From Deltaproteobacteria bacterium (GTDB lineage: Bacteria > Myxococcota_A > UBA9160 > SMWR01), in contig JAQBGU010000005.1 in NCBI GenBank assembly GCA_032128375.1, forward strand, positions 1 through 17,927: a stretch of DNA of 17,927 bases, written 5' to 3'. Shown here piece by piece: positions 6,783 through 15,691 of this stretch. Positions within the stretch are counted from its first letter, which is position 1; each line of letters opens with the position of its first letter. Below the pieces are notes generated by a model. It saw nothing but the letters and a program-made list of their open reading frames with translations. It did no database searches and was not told the origin of the DNA. Position numbers and translations under genes: made by a program.

Positions 6783-9293
6783 CTAGCCGAGCCGCTCGAC
6801 CAGAGCGGTCAGTAACCGGCCGACGTCCACCGGATCGTCGAGTACGCCCAGCAGAGCGTCTCCCCTCTTCGCCAGGTACGCCGGCGTGCTCGTCAAGGTC
6901 CAGTTGGCGGGGTTGAGTCGTTGCGTCACCTGCGACCATCGCAGGGGTACCGAGACCGTCGCACCCGGCACCGGGCGCAGCGAAAGCGGCGACGCGATCA
7001 GCTTTCCTCGTCCATTCTGTCCGTAATCGACATAAACTCTGTCCCCGCGCGCCGCGATGGGACGCACGACAGTCGCGATCTCGGGAAGTTCGGCGCAGAC
7101 GGTTCGCGCCAGCACCTCGGCCAGAGTCCGCGTCTCGTCGTGATCGAGTTGGCCGCCCATCGGCAACAGGATGTGGAGACCACTCTGGCCGGATGTCTTG
7201 ATGAAGTGGTCTGCATCCAGATCGGTCAGCAGCGCATGAATGTGTCGCGCGATCGTAACCACGCTCGAAAACGGCGCTTCTTTCGGGTCGAGATCCAGGA
7301 TCAACCAATCGGGTCTGTCCAGCGACCCGCGCCTGGCGCCCCAGACATGCAGCGGGATCGCACCCGAGTTGACTACATACAGGAGCGTCCGGCAGTCATT
7401 GCAGATGAAGTAGTCGGTGCCGCCGATATTCTCGAGCTCGACCCATTTCGGGGTGTATTCCGGTGCGTTTTGCTGATAGAAAAACTTCCCCTCGATTCCG
7501 TCCGGGTAACGCGTCAGAACCACCGGCCGATCGCGGAGGTACGGCTCCAGCCACGGCCACACGGCTTCGTAGTACGCCAGCACGTCTCCCTTGGTGTAGC
7601 CCTGTTCCGGCCAGAACACTTTGTCGAGGTTCGAAAGTTGGAGCACCGGTTCGACGGGAGTTGGCAGCCGCTCGGGCGGAGTCTCGGGTACCGGCCCGCG
7701 ATCGAGCGGTGCAGTACATGCCAGCGGGTCTGCCCCCTCGACCAATTTTGCGAGGACCGGATGACGCAGCTGTCCCGCGCTGGTGATCTCGGTATAGCTG
7801 ACTTCGCACACGAATTCGGGGACGACGAAGGTTGTCGCTCGCGCAGCAGCACGCGGTGCGCCGCTGCAAGCGGGCCGCTTGCGGGCGTTGGCGAGCAGGC
7901 GCGGCAGTAACTCGGACTCGAGCGCAGCCGAGATACCGGATCCGACACTGCCGGCGAAGCGGAACTCTCCATTTCGCATCCATGCCAACAGCAGCGAACC
8001 CAACGCGCCGCGCGATCCGCGGCCGGCAGAAAATCCGACGATCGCGAGCTGCGCGCGCCGGGGCACCTTGATCTTCAGCCAACTCTTCGAGCGGCGTCCC
8101 GACTCGTAGCGGGCGTCGGCTCGCTTGGCGATGATTCCCTCGAGTTCGTGCTCGCAGGCCATCGCGAAAAGTGCCTCGCCCTCTCGCTCGACGTGGTCCG
8201 CATAGCGGACTCGGCCGGCGCGCGGTACAAAACGCTCCAGAATCTCCTTCCGCTGCTGGTTCGAACGTGTTCGCAAATCGTGCCCGAGCGCGCTGAGCAA
8301 ATCGAACGCGAACATCACCGCCGGCTGTTCGATCCGCAGCCGCGATACCTCTTCCGGGTTCGACTTGGCGAAGCGCCGTTGCAGACGCTCGAACGAAGTG
8401 CGACCCGCTTCATCGAGAGCGGCGATCTCGCCATCGAGAATGAACGTCTCGAGCCGAAGATGCCCGACCGCCGCAGCGATTTCGGGAAACGACGCGGTGG
8501 CGTCGCGACCACTGCGCGAGCGGAGTTCGACCTCGCCAGACTGGTTCTTCTCGACCAGGATGCGCATCCCATCGTACTTGACCTCGAACAACCATCCGTC
8601 CCGAGAAAAAGCATCGTCGGCGGTGGCCGCCAACATCGGCCTCAGTTTCGAAAGCGCAGGAGACACACCAGCCTGCGTACCGATACACGCAGCGACTTCG
8701 GCATCGAAGCAGCGCCCGTCAGCCAGTTCCCCGATCGTCAGCCCGGATAGGACCGACTCGGGCTGCGCATCGATCAGGTCTGTGTCACCCGCCTTTGCAC
8801 GGTTCTTGTGAAGCAAGAGCCAGTGCTTGCCAGCACCGGCCTTGGTGCGAACGAGAGCGAAGCGACCCGTCAGCTTCAGGCCGCTGAACCAGAGGTCGAG
8901 TTTGCCGGCAGCGAGGCCCTCGGCGGGCGAGACGCCGTCTGCGCTGCGGAACGAACCGGCGTCCCAAACGATCATGGCGCCGGCACCATAGTTTCCGGCC
9001 GGAATTACGCCTTCGAACGCAGCGTATTCGATCGGGTGGTCCTCGGTCCGGACCGCGAGCCTGCGCTGGCTGGGGTCCAGCGTGGGCCCTTTTGGTACCG
9101 CCCAGCTCACCAGAACTCCATCGATCTCCAATCGCAGGTCCCAGTGGAGGTTTCTCGCCGCGTGCTGCTGCACCACGAACTCGCGGCTGGCTCCGGGCGG
9201 CAGAATTCGGCGCAAGTGCTGGTCGCCAAAGGGTTCCGGAGTCGTCCGCGGATCTCGCTTTTGACGATAACGCTCGAGACCTTCGATACTCAT
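6783..9293 (-). CDS. ligD: DNA ligase D (NHEJ), PE-ligase-polymerase domain order
   Basis: LERYRQKRD...TPEP; PE domain FVVQQHAARNLHWDLRLEIDGVLVSWAVPKGP...TEDHPIEY; ligase EVKYDG, EGIIAK, WLKIK; Pol LSNLDKVFWP, LTRYPDG, LDLDP, KTSGQSGLH. Start taken as ATG 9293 (MSIEGLERY). Confidence 0.97.
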   Translation of the reverse strand: MSIEGLERYRQKRDPRTTPEPFGDQHLRRILPPGASREFVVQQHAARNLHWDLRLEIDGVLVSWAVPKGPTLDPSQRRLAVRTEDHPIEYAAFEGVIPAGNYGAGAMIVWDAGSFRSADGVSPAEGLAAGKLDLWFSGLKLTGRFALVRTKAGAGKHWLLLHKNRAKAGDTDLIDAQPESVLSGLTIGELADGRCFDAEVAACIGTQAGVSPALSKLRPMLAATADDAFSRDGWLFEVKYDGMRILVEKNQSGEVELRSRSGRDATASFPEIAAAVGHLRLETFILDGEIAALDEAGRTSFERLQRRFAKSNPEEVSRLRIEQPAVMFAFDLLSALGHDLRTRSNQQRKEILERFVPRAGRVRYADHVEREGEALFAMACEHELEGIIAKRADARYESGRRSKSWLKIKVPRRAQLAIVGFSAGRGSRGALGSLLLAWMRNGEFRFAGSVGSGISAALESELLPRLLANARKRPACSGAPRAAARATTFVVPEFVCEVSYTEITSAGQLRHPVLAKLVEGADPLACTAPLDRGPVPETPPERLPTPVEPVLQLSNLDKVFWPEQGYTKGDVLAYYEAVWPWLEPYLRDRPVVLTRYPDGIEGKFFYQQNAPEYTPKWVELENIGGTDYFICNDCRTLLYVVNSGAIPLHVWGARRGSLDRPDWLILDLDPKEAPFSSVVTIARHIHALLTDLDADHFIKTSGQSGLHILLPMGGQLDHDETRTLAEVLARTVCAELPEIATVVRPIAARGDRVYVDYGQNGRGKLIASPLSLRPVPGATVSVPLRWSQVTQRLNPANWTLTSTPAYLAKRGDALLGVLDDPVDVGRLLTALVERLG

Positions 9294-9467
9294 GGCGATT
9301 TTCTCATTTCTGACCTTTGCCAATCCCACCACGGCCCGGTCCGAATCCGGCCCGTGCAAACATCGTTCGGATGTTAGACTATTTGCCTCTACAGCTCGCC
9401 GATGCCCCGCTCTGCGAGGTTCGGTCCTAGCCGGCACGCTGGTCGCCGCACGCAAAAGGAGTTGATG

Positions 9468-10343
9468 ATGGCTGCTCGCGCAACGGCGTCGGGGACGATT
9501 TCGTTCGGACTCGTAGCGATCCCGATCAAGGTCTACGGCGCGTCGAAATCGAAGAGCGTGCATTTCAGCATGCTTCACCAGGGAGACCACTCCCGCCTGA
9601 AGCAGCAATACGTGTGCGCAAAGTGCGAGGAGATCGTACCGCGTAGCGATACCGTGAAGGGCTTCGAGTACTCACGCGGCCAGTACGTGGTGATGACCGA
9701 GGACGAACTGAAGTCACTCGAGAAGAAGACCGACCGTACGATCGAAATCGAGGAATTCATCCCGATCGACCAGGTCGACCCGATCTTCTTCGAGAAATCC
9801 AATCTGATCGGGCCCGACAAGGGGGGCCACAAATCTTACCGTCTGCTGTGTACGGCGATGATCGAAGCGGGAAAGGTGGCCCTCGGTCGCTACGGAAGCC
9901 GTGGGCGCCAGCAGCTGGTGCTGCTGCGACCGACCATGGATGGCCTGACGATGCACGGTCTCTTCTACGCGGACGAAGTGCGTAGCTTCGACGACATCGA
10001 TCTCGGCGATGAAGTCGAATTCAAAAAAGGTGAACTCGATCTCGCAAAGCAGTTGATCGAACAGCTCGCAAACGAGAAATTTGAGCCGGAAAAATACGCA
10101 GACGAGTATCGCCAGGCCGTCCTGCTCGCCGTCGACCGCAAGGTGGCCGGCGAGGAGATCGTGATCGTCGAAGAGCCCGACCGGCGCGACCAGATCATCG
10201 ATCTTGTGGCCGCGTTGAAAGAAAGCCTCGCCAACAAGATGACGAGCGTCGCCAAGCCCAAGCGAGTCCGAAAGACGGCCAAGGTCAAAGCGTCCCCGGG
10301 GAGCGAGAAACGAGCGGCCACGAAAAAGGCCGCTGCCAAGTAG
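9468..10343 (+). CDS. ku: Non-homologous end joining protein Ku
   Basis: GTISFGLVAIPIK, VKGFEYSRGQYVV, TIEIEEFIP..QVDPIFFEKS, FYADEVR, FEPEKYADEYR, IIDLVAALKESL, Lys-rich tail. AAGGAG RBS at 9456-9461 (ATG 9465 or 9468). Confidence 0.97.
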   Translation: MAARATASGTISFGLVAIPIKVYGASKSKSVHFSMLHQGDHSRLKQQYVCAKCEEIVPRSDTVKGFEYSRGQYVVMTEDELKSLEKKTDRTIEIEEFIPIDQVDPIFFEKSNLIGPDKGGHKSYRLLCTAMIEAGKVALGRYGSRGRQQLVLLRPTMDGLTMHGLFYADEVRSFDDIDLGDEVEFKKGELDLAKQLIEQLANEKFEPEKYADEYRQAVLLAVDRKVAGEEIVIVEEPDRRDQIIDLVAALKESLANKMTSVAKPKRVRKTAKVKASPGSEKRAATKKAAAK

Positions 10344-10352
10344 ACCCCTGCG

Positions 10353-11091
10353 GTGAGCCCTCACCAGAAATCCGACCCGCTGCGATTCATCGCGTCGAAA
10401 AGCCAGGGCGAGGTCTCCGCGTTGTTGCTGCGGCCGGAGAACGCGAGAGCGGTGTTCGTCTTCGCCCATGGGGCCGGCGCCGGCATGCACCACCCCGTGA
10501 TGGAAGCCATCGCGCAGCAGCTCGCGACGCAGCGCATTGCGACGTTCCGCTACCAGTTTCCGTCTATGGAAAAGGAAAGGAAAAAGGAAAGGGAAAGGGA
10601 AAAGAGCACTCCGCGTCCCGACCCGAAGCCGATCGCGATCGCGACGGTTCGTTCCGCGGTAGTTGCGGCCCAGCGCGCTGCCGGCGACCTGCCCATGATC
10701 GCCGGCGGCAAATCATTCGGCGGCCGGATGACGTCGCTCGCTGCGGCAGAGGCTCCGCTACCCGCCGTGCGGGGGGCTGGCCTTCTTCGGGTTCCCGCTG
10801 CATCCGGCCGGCAAGCCCGATATCGAACGCGCGGACCACCTCGCACAGGTCGACCTACCGATGCTCTTCTTGCAGGGAACGCGGGACAAGCTGGCCGACC
10901 TCGAACTGCTGCGCCCCGTCTGCGACAGGCTCCGAAGTCAAGCGAGGTTGTACACTGTTCAGGGCGCAGATCACTCCTTCCACGTGTTGAAGCGGTCGGG
11001 CCGCAGCCAGGAAGAAGTGCTCGAGGAAATCGCACGCGAGACAGGCAACTGGCTGGAGACGTTGGGATCCGCTGAGACGAAGAGAAGTTGA
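10353..11091 (+). pseudogene. Alpha/beta hydrolase (KANL3/Tex30-like) split by one extra G in a G6 run at 10771-10776; real frameshift or sequencing error
   Basis: The first frame gives FAHGAGAGM, RYQFP and the nucleophile motif GGKSFGGRM. Removing one G gives AVRGLAFFGFPLHPAGKP...ADHL...PMLFLQGTRDKLA...GADHSF, which joins ORF 10861..11091 and restores a Ser-Asp-His triad. Confidence 0.88.
10569..10604 (+). repeat. In-frame 6-bp purine tandem repeat x6
   Basis: GAAAAG GAAAGG AAAAAG GAAAGG GAAAGG GAAAAG, encoding EKERKKEREREK. Confidence 0.8.
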
Positions 11092-11753
11092 GTCGCGAAG
11101 GTCTGAAAATGCTGTCTGACTACCGTGAGCGACACGGCAAGCAACTCGGATGGGTTCGGGTTGGTTGGCGTGCGCTGCGACGCGCGAGTGGCCCGCTGAA
11201 ACGGCGCCTGCGTCGCAAACCCGACGCGTTGAAGATTCAGCGAAGCAAGCGACTTGCCCCTGAGGACGAGTCTCGCAAGCGGCAGCGATGGCACGTACTG
11301 GTTGATCTGATCCACGACCTGTGCCCGGCCGAAGATGCCATCGTGGTCGACCTGGGCACCTACCGCGGGACTTCCAGCGCACACATCCACAAGTACTGCC
11401 CACAAGTGAAGTGCATCTACGCGATCGATATCCAAGAGCCCGATCCCGAACGGAGCTTGATCCGAGACCTACCGCGTGTGAAGTTCGTGAAGGGGTACTC
11501 GGACGCGTGCGCCGGGCAGTTTTCCGACGCATCGGTCGACCTGATCTTCGTCGATGCGGACCATTCCCAGGCGGGAGTCCACAAGGATCTGGCCGCCTGG
11601 GCACCCAAGATCAAACGCGGCGGCGTGATCGCTGGGCACGACTACGGCTCTCGGCGACATCCGGGTGTCAAGCGCGCCGTGGACGAATTTTTCGCGGGGC
11701 ATCCGCATCCGGTCGAGCTCCAATCGGACATGGTGTGGTGGACGATCAAGTAG
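11088..11753 (+). CDS. Class I SAM-dependent methyltransferase (Methyltransf_24-like)
   Basis: VVDLGTYRGTS motif I, YAID, KGYS, VDLIFVDADHS..GV..DL..W.PKIKRGGVIAGHDY...PGVKRAVDEF. TTGA overlap with the hydrolase stop; alternative ATG at 11109. Confidence 0.9.
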   Translation: MSREGLKMLSDYRERHGKQLGWVRVGWRALRRASGPLKRRLRRKPDALKIQRSKRLAPEDESRKRQRWHVLVDLIHDLCPAEDAIVVDLGTYRGTSSAHIHKYCPQVKCIYAIDIQEPDPERSLIRDLPRVKFVKGYSDACAGQFSDASVDLIFVDADHSQAGVHKDLAAWAPKIKRGGVIAGHDYGSRRHPGVKRAVDEFFAGHPHPVELQSDMVWWTIK

Positions 11754-11765
11754 GCCTCGGTCGTC

Positions 11766-11791
11766 CGACTGCTGGCCGCTAGCCGCAGTCG
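11766..11791 (+). terminator. GC-rich hairpin just after the methyltransferase stop (possible terminator or RNA stabiliser; no U tract)
   Basis: CGACTGC-T-GGC-CGCTA-GCC-GCAGTCG, 12 nt after the TAG at 11753. Confidence 0.35.
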
Positions 11792-11903
11792 CCGATAGAC
11801 TGCGCGCCTTCGATCTCGCGCCCCGCACAGAAAATACTCTCGTGATGACACCCTGCATGAACCCCGGACAGAACCCTCGACTGGGCCCGGGACGGAGCCC
11901 CGA

Positions 11904-13055
11904 ATGAAGCCCACACGACGCCCCGCTCATACCCGGTTCTCCTCCGGGCCGTGCGCGAAGCGGCCCGGCTGGACACCTGAAGCACTCGCAGATGCGGCCC
12001 TCGGCCGCTCCCATCGCTCGTCATTGGGTCGCTCGAAGCTCGGCGAAGTCATCGAACTGTCCCGAGAGGTATTGGGGATACCGGGCGACTATCGCGTGGG
12101 AATCGTCCCGGCGTCCGACACCGGTGCGATCGAAATGCTGCTGTGGTCGATGCTGGGCGCGCGAGGTGTCGACATGCTGGCTTGGGAGAGCTTCGGCAAC
12201 GAGTGGGTCACGGATGTGATCGACCAGCTGCAGCTCGACGGTGCCCGCTCGCTGCTGGCGGATTATGGCGAACTTCCCGACCTCACAAAGGTGGACTTCG
12301 ACAGTGACGTCGTATTCACCTGGAACGGCACCACCTCTGGTGTGCGCGTTCCCGACGGCGACTGGATCCCGAACGACCGCGCCGGATTGACGATCTGCGA
12401 TGCAACCTCGGCCGTGTTCGCGATGGAGCTTCCGTGGCAGAAACTCGATTGCGTGACCTGGTCGTGGCAGAAGGCCTTGGGTGGGGAGGGCGGTCACGGA
12501 ATGCTCGCGCTATCCCCACGCGCCGTCGAACGACTGGAGAGCTACGTGCCTGCGCGCCCACTGCCCAAGATTTTTCGACTCACTCAGGGTGGCAAACTGA
12601 TCGAAGGGATCTTCCGAGGTGATACAATCAACACGCCGTCTCTATTGTGTGTCGAAGACGCGATCGACTCACTCAGATGGGCGAAATCGATCGGTGGTTT
12701 GACGGTTACGATTCGCCGCGCGGAGGAGAATCTCACGCGTGTGGCGAATTGGGTCGCATCATCGCCCTGGGTCGACTTTTTGGCGCGCACACCGCAGACC
12801 CGCTCGTGCACATCGATCTGCCTGCGCATCGTCGATCCGGCGTTTGCGAAGCTGTCTGCACAGGACCAGGCGGCAAACGCAAGACAGGTCGTCAGCCTGC
12901 TCGCCGACGAGGGTGTCGCGCTCGACGTTGGGTCATACCGCGACGCCCCTGCGGGCCTTCGCGTGTGGGGAGGTGCGACCGTTGAGGCCGACGACATCGA
13001 GGCACTACTGCCGTGGTTCGATTGGGCGTACGCAGAAGTGTCCCGCCCGGGCTGA
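11904..13055 (+). CDS. serC: Phosphoserine aminotransferase (Methanosarcina/alphaproteobacterial type)
   Basis: KPTRRP...[68 protein letters not shown] (PLP Lys), [20 protein letters not shown]. Confidence 0.96.
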   Translation: MKPTRRPAHTRFSSGPCAKRPGWTPEALADAALGRSHRSSLGRSKLGEVIELSREVLGIPGDYRVGIVPASDTGAIEMLLWSMLGARGVDMLAWESFGNEWVTDVIDQLQLDGARSLLADYGELPDLTKVDFDSDVVFTWNGTTSGVRVPDGDWIPNDRAGLTICDATSAVFAMELPWQKLDCVTWSWQKALGGEGGHGMLALSPRAVERLESYVPARPLPKIFRLTQGGKLIEGIFRGDTINTPSLLCVEDAIDSLRWAKSIGGLTVTIRRAEENLTRVANWVASSPWVDFLARTPQTRSCTSICLRIVDPAFAKLSAQDQAANARQVVSLLADEGVALDVGSYRDAPAGLRVWGGATVEADDIEALLPWFDWAYAEVSRPG

Positions 13056-13077
13056 ACCGCCAACCCGCAGGTTTGCC

Positions 13078-13608
13078 CTACAGAGCCTCTCCTTCGGCCT
13101 TCCCCAGCTCGTCGATCGCGTCGCGAATGGCGTCGCTGACTTCTGCGGCGCCCTGCTCCAAGACTTGCCCGAACTCCTCGATGCCCCGACCGACCGCCTC
13201 ACCGAAAAACTTCATGCCGGCTGCAAACGTGGAGCGACTCACCTCTTGTTGAGTGGCCACGAGATCGACCCTCCAATCGCCTTGTTGAAGAACCAGGTGC
13301 GTATGAAACACAATGTTGAGATCGATATCGTCAGTTCGTGTCAGCATCGAGGTGCGAACGACTGCTGCCGATTCGTTCCGCAATACCTCGCCGAACAGGA
13401 TCTTCTCTATCCTGTCCGGCAACATTCCGTCATCGAGCAGCCGCAGGCTGCTATCGGTAACGAAAGTCGCCGCCTGTTCGCGGTCACCCACACGCATCGT
13501 TTCCCAAAAACCGCGCGCCACGTCCTCCGGCGAATCCGAAGTACCGCACGACACGGCGAAAAGCAGAGCGAGGGACGCGACTCGGGTCCAAATCGATGTA
13601 CGGCTCAT
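13078..13608 (-). CDS. Hypothetical lipoprotein (NTF2-like/DUF4878-like domain plus helical tail)
   Basis: Lipobox-like LLFAVSC; SPEDVARGFWETMRVGDREQAATFVT and HLVLQQGDWRVD patterns; GGAG upstream. Confidence 0.75.
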   Translation of the reverse strand: MSRTSIWTRVASLALLFAVSCGTSDSPEDVARGFWETMRVGDREQAATFVTDSSLRLLDDGMLPDRIEKILFGEVLRNESAAVVRTSMLTRTDDIDLNIVFHTHLVLQQGDWRVDLVATQQEVSRSTFAAGMKFFGEAVGRGIEEFGQVLEQGAAEVSDAIRDAIDELGKAEGEAL

Positions 13609-13747
13609 GGAATCGCCTCTCCTTTCGCTGCGACGTTTGCGACTGATGCGAAGAGTTCGAAGTCTAACAGGCAGTAGCGCGCCGCGATTGCTTCGCGTCA
13701 GCGCTACGCTGCATCAATTCGACTGCACAGAGACTTCAGGAGGACGG

Positions 13748-14161
13748 ATGGGAAACGACGGATCGGAATTCCTGAAACGCTGGCATCGGATCGTCGAAAC
13801 GCTCGACCTCGATGCGCTCGGTGCGATCCTCGCCGACGCACCGACGTTGGGCGCCCCCCCGTATTGGCAAAAGCTCACCGGACGCGAAGTCGTCCATCAC
13901 CTGCTCGGAATCATCCTTCAAACCATCGAGGGGCTCACCTACCAGCGCGAATGGATCAATGAGCGGGAGCTCGCACTGGAATTCACCGGGAAAGTCGCAG
14001 GAATGGACCTGCAGGGCATCGACTTGATAACGATCGATCAAGCAGGTCGCTTGGTCAACATCGACGTGATGATTCGACCCATCAATGCGGTACAGGCCTT
14101 GATCGAGCACGTGACGCCGCAAATGACAGCGTTTTTCGCGGCGCGATCCGCGGAGCACTGA
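13748..14161 (+). CDS. Nuclear transport factor 2 / SnoaL-like protein
   Basis: WHRIVETLDLDALGAILAD....PPYWQKLTGRE, ALEFTGKV..MDLQGIDLI..D..GRL.NIDVMIRP. GGAGGA RBS before ATG 13748. Confidence 0.88.
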   Translation: MGNDGSEFLKRWHRIVETLDLDALGAILADAPTLGAPPYWQKLTGREVVHHLLGIILQTIEGLTYQREWINERELALEFTGKVAGMDLQGIDLITIDQAGRLVNIDVMIRPINAVQALIEHVTPQMTAFFAARSAEH

Positions 14162-14265
14162 GACCCGCTACAGTTTGTTAGGCGATCTAACGAGTCTGCC
14201 CCACCCCAACAAGTACCCACTGGGATTGTCGACTACAATCATCGGCAGTTCGAATGGAGTACGCG

Positions 14266-15459
14266 ATGAGCGAGAACCCTACACCGGACGGCAAGGTCAG
14301 CCTTTTTTCTGCTGAAGTCTCCGCGTGCCCGCACGCTGTGTACGCGCGTTTGCGTGCGAAAAGTCCAGTGGCACACGACGCATGGAGCGGCAATCCCGTC
14401 ATTTCCCGATACGAAGACGTGATCTGGGCACTTCGCCATCCCGAGATCTTCTCGTCAGAAATGGATATCCAGATGGGGCTCGGAACCGAGCGCCCGATGA
14501 TCCCCCAACAGATCGACCCACCAATCCAGACGATGTATCGCAGAATTCTCGATCCCCAGTTTTCGAGACGGCGAATGGAGTTGATCGAACCCAGCGTTCG
14601 AGCCCACGCGCGACAGCTCGTCGACGCGTTCGCCGACGACGGCGAGTGCGAATTCAACTCCGCGTTCGCGATCCCGCTGCCGTGCACGGCATTCCTGCGC
14701 CTGATGGGTCTGCCCACCGAAGAGCTGGAGCTCTTCTTGGAACTCAAGGATGGCATCATCCGGCCGCACACCCAGACAGACGATCCAAACGAAGCCGCCG
14801 AGATCCGAGCCAGGACCGGCAAGCGAATCTACGCGTACTTCGAGAACCTGATCGAAGAACGCCGCATGACGAAGGGTGCCGACCTGATGAGTCACCTCGT
14901 CACGGTAGAACTCGACGGTCGCAAGCTCACACACAACGAGATCCTCGACATCAGCTTCCTGCTGCTGCTCGGCGGCCTCGACACGGTGACCGCGACGCTG
15001 GGGTGCAGCGTCGCCTTCCTGGCGAATCACCCCGAACATCGCAGTAGAATCGCCGCTGAACCCGCACTGATTCCGGCGGCCATTGAAGAATTGTTGCGGT
15101 TTGAAACTCCCGTAAGCCTGGTGCCTCGCATAACAACGCGCGACATCGCACTCCATGGAGTCGAGATTGCACAGGGACAGCTCGTATCGCTGCTGTTGGG
15201 TGCGTCGAATCTGGATGATGCAGAGTTCACGACCGCACAAACAGCCGACTTCGACCGCGAAAGCAACCGCCATCTGGCTTTCGGCGCCGGCCCTCACCGC
15301 TGTCTCGGCTCGCATCTCGCTCGCATGGAGCTTCGGGTCGCACTCGAAGAGTTCCATGCGCGCATCCCTGATTACCAGATCAAGCACGGCGAAACGCCGC
15401 GCTACAGCCCCGGCATCCGAGAAGTTCAGTTTCTGCCGCTCAGCTGGGAACCCCGTTGA
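14266..15459 (+). CDS. Cytochrome P450
   Basis: DPP motif, I-helix LLLGGLDTV, K-helix EELLR, heme motif HLAFGAGPHRCLGSHLARMEL. GGAG before ATG 14266 (alternative 14254). Confidence 0.97.
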   Translation: MSENPTPDGKVSLFSAEVSACPHAVYARLRAKSPVAHDAWSGNPVISRYEDVIWALRHPEIFSSEMDIQMGLGTERPMIPQQIDPPIQTMYRRILDPQFSRRRMELIEPSVRAHARQLVDAFADDGECEFNSAFAIPLPCTAFLRLMGLPTEELELFLELKDGIIRPHTQTDDPNEAAEIRARTGKRIYAYFENLIEERRMTKGADLMSHLVTVELDGRKLTHNEILDISFLLLLGGLDTVTATLGCSVAFLANHPEHRSRIAAEPALIPAAIEELLRFETPVSLVPRITTRDIALHGVEIAQGQLVSLLLGASNLDDAEFTTAQTADFDRESNRHLAFGAGPHRCLGSHLARMELRVALEEFHARIPDYQIKHGETPRYSPGIREVQFLPLSWEPR

Positions 15460-15650
15460 AGATCCGGCTGAACCGGGACGCTTGCGTCGGTCACGGTCGC
15501 TGCTACGAACTCGCTCCGGAGCTGTTTACAGACGATGAGCGGGGGCACTGCGTGATCGTCGAAGCGGCCGTCCCCGAGCGTCTCGAAAAGCAAGCTCGGC
15601 GCGGCGAAGCGAACTGTCCGGAGGCTGCGATCCAAATCGACGAGGACTGA
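15456..15650 (+). CDS. P450-associated single-cluster ferredoxin ([3Fe-4S] type)
   Basis: 64 aa, CVGHGRC...APELF...NCPEAAI (CxxHxxC-Xn-CP); TTGA overlap with the P450 stop. Confidence 0.93.
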   Translation: MKIRLNRDACVGHGRCYELAPELFTDDERGHCVIVEAAVPERLEKQARRGEANCPEAAIQIDED

Positions 15651-15691
15651 GTCGACGAACCGGCTCATGGCTCGGGATCGAGCGGTTGCTT

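Noticed and set aside
9294..9608. 105-aa N-terminal extension of LigD, and the 9402 start for Ku
   Set aside because: The LigD extension would overlap ku on the opposite strand. Family-typical N-termini begin at 9293 and 9465/9468, and the latter has an AAGGAG RBS.
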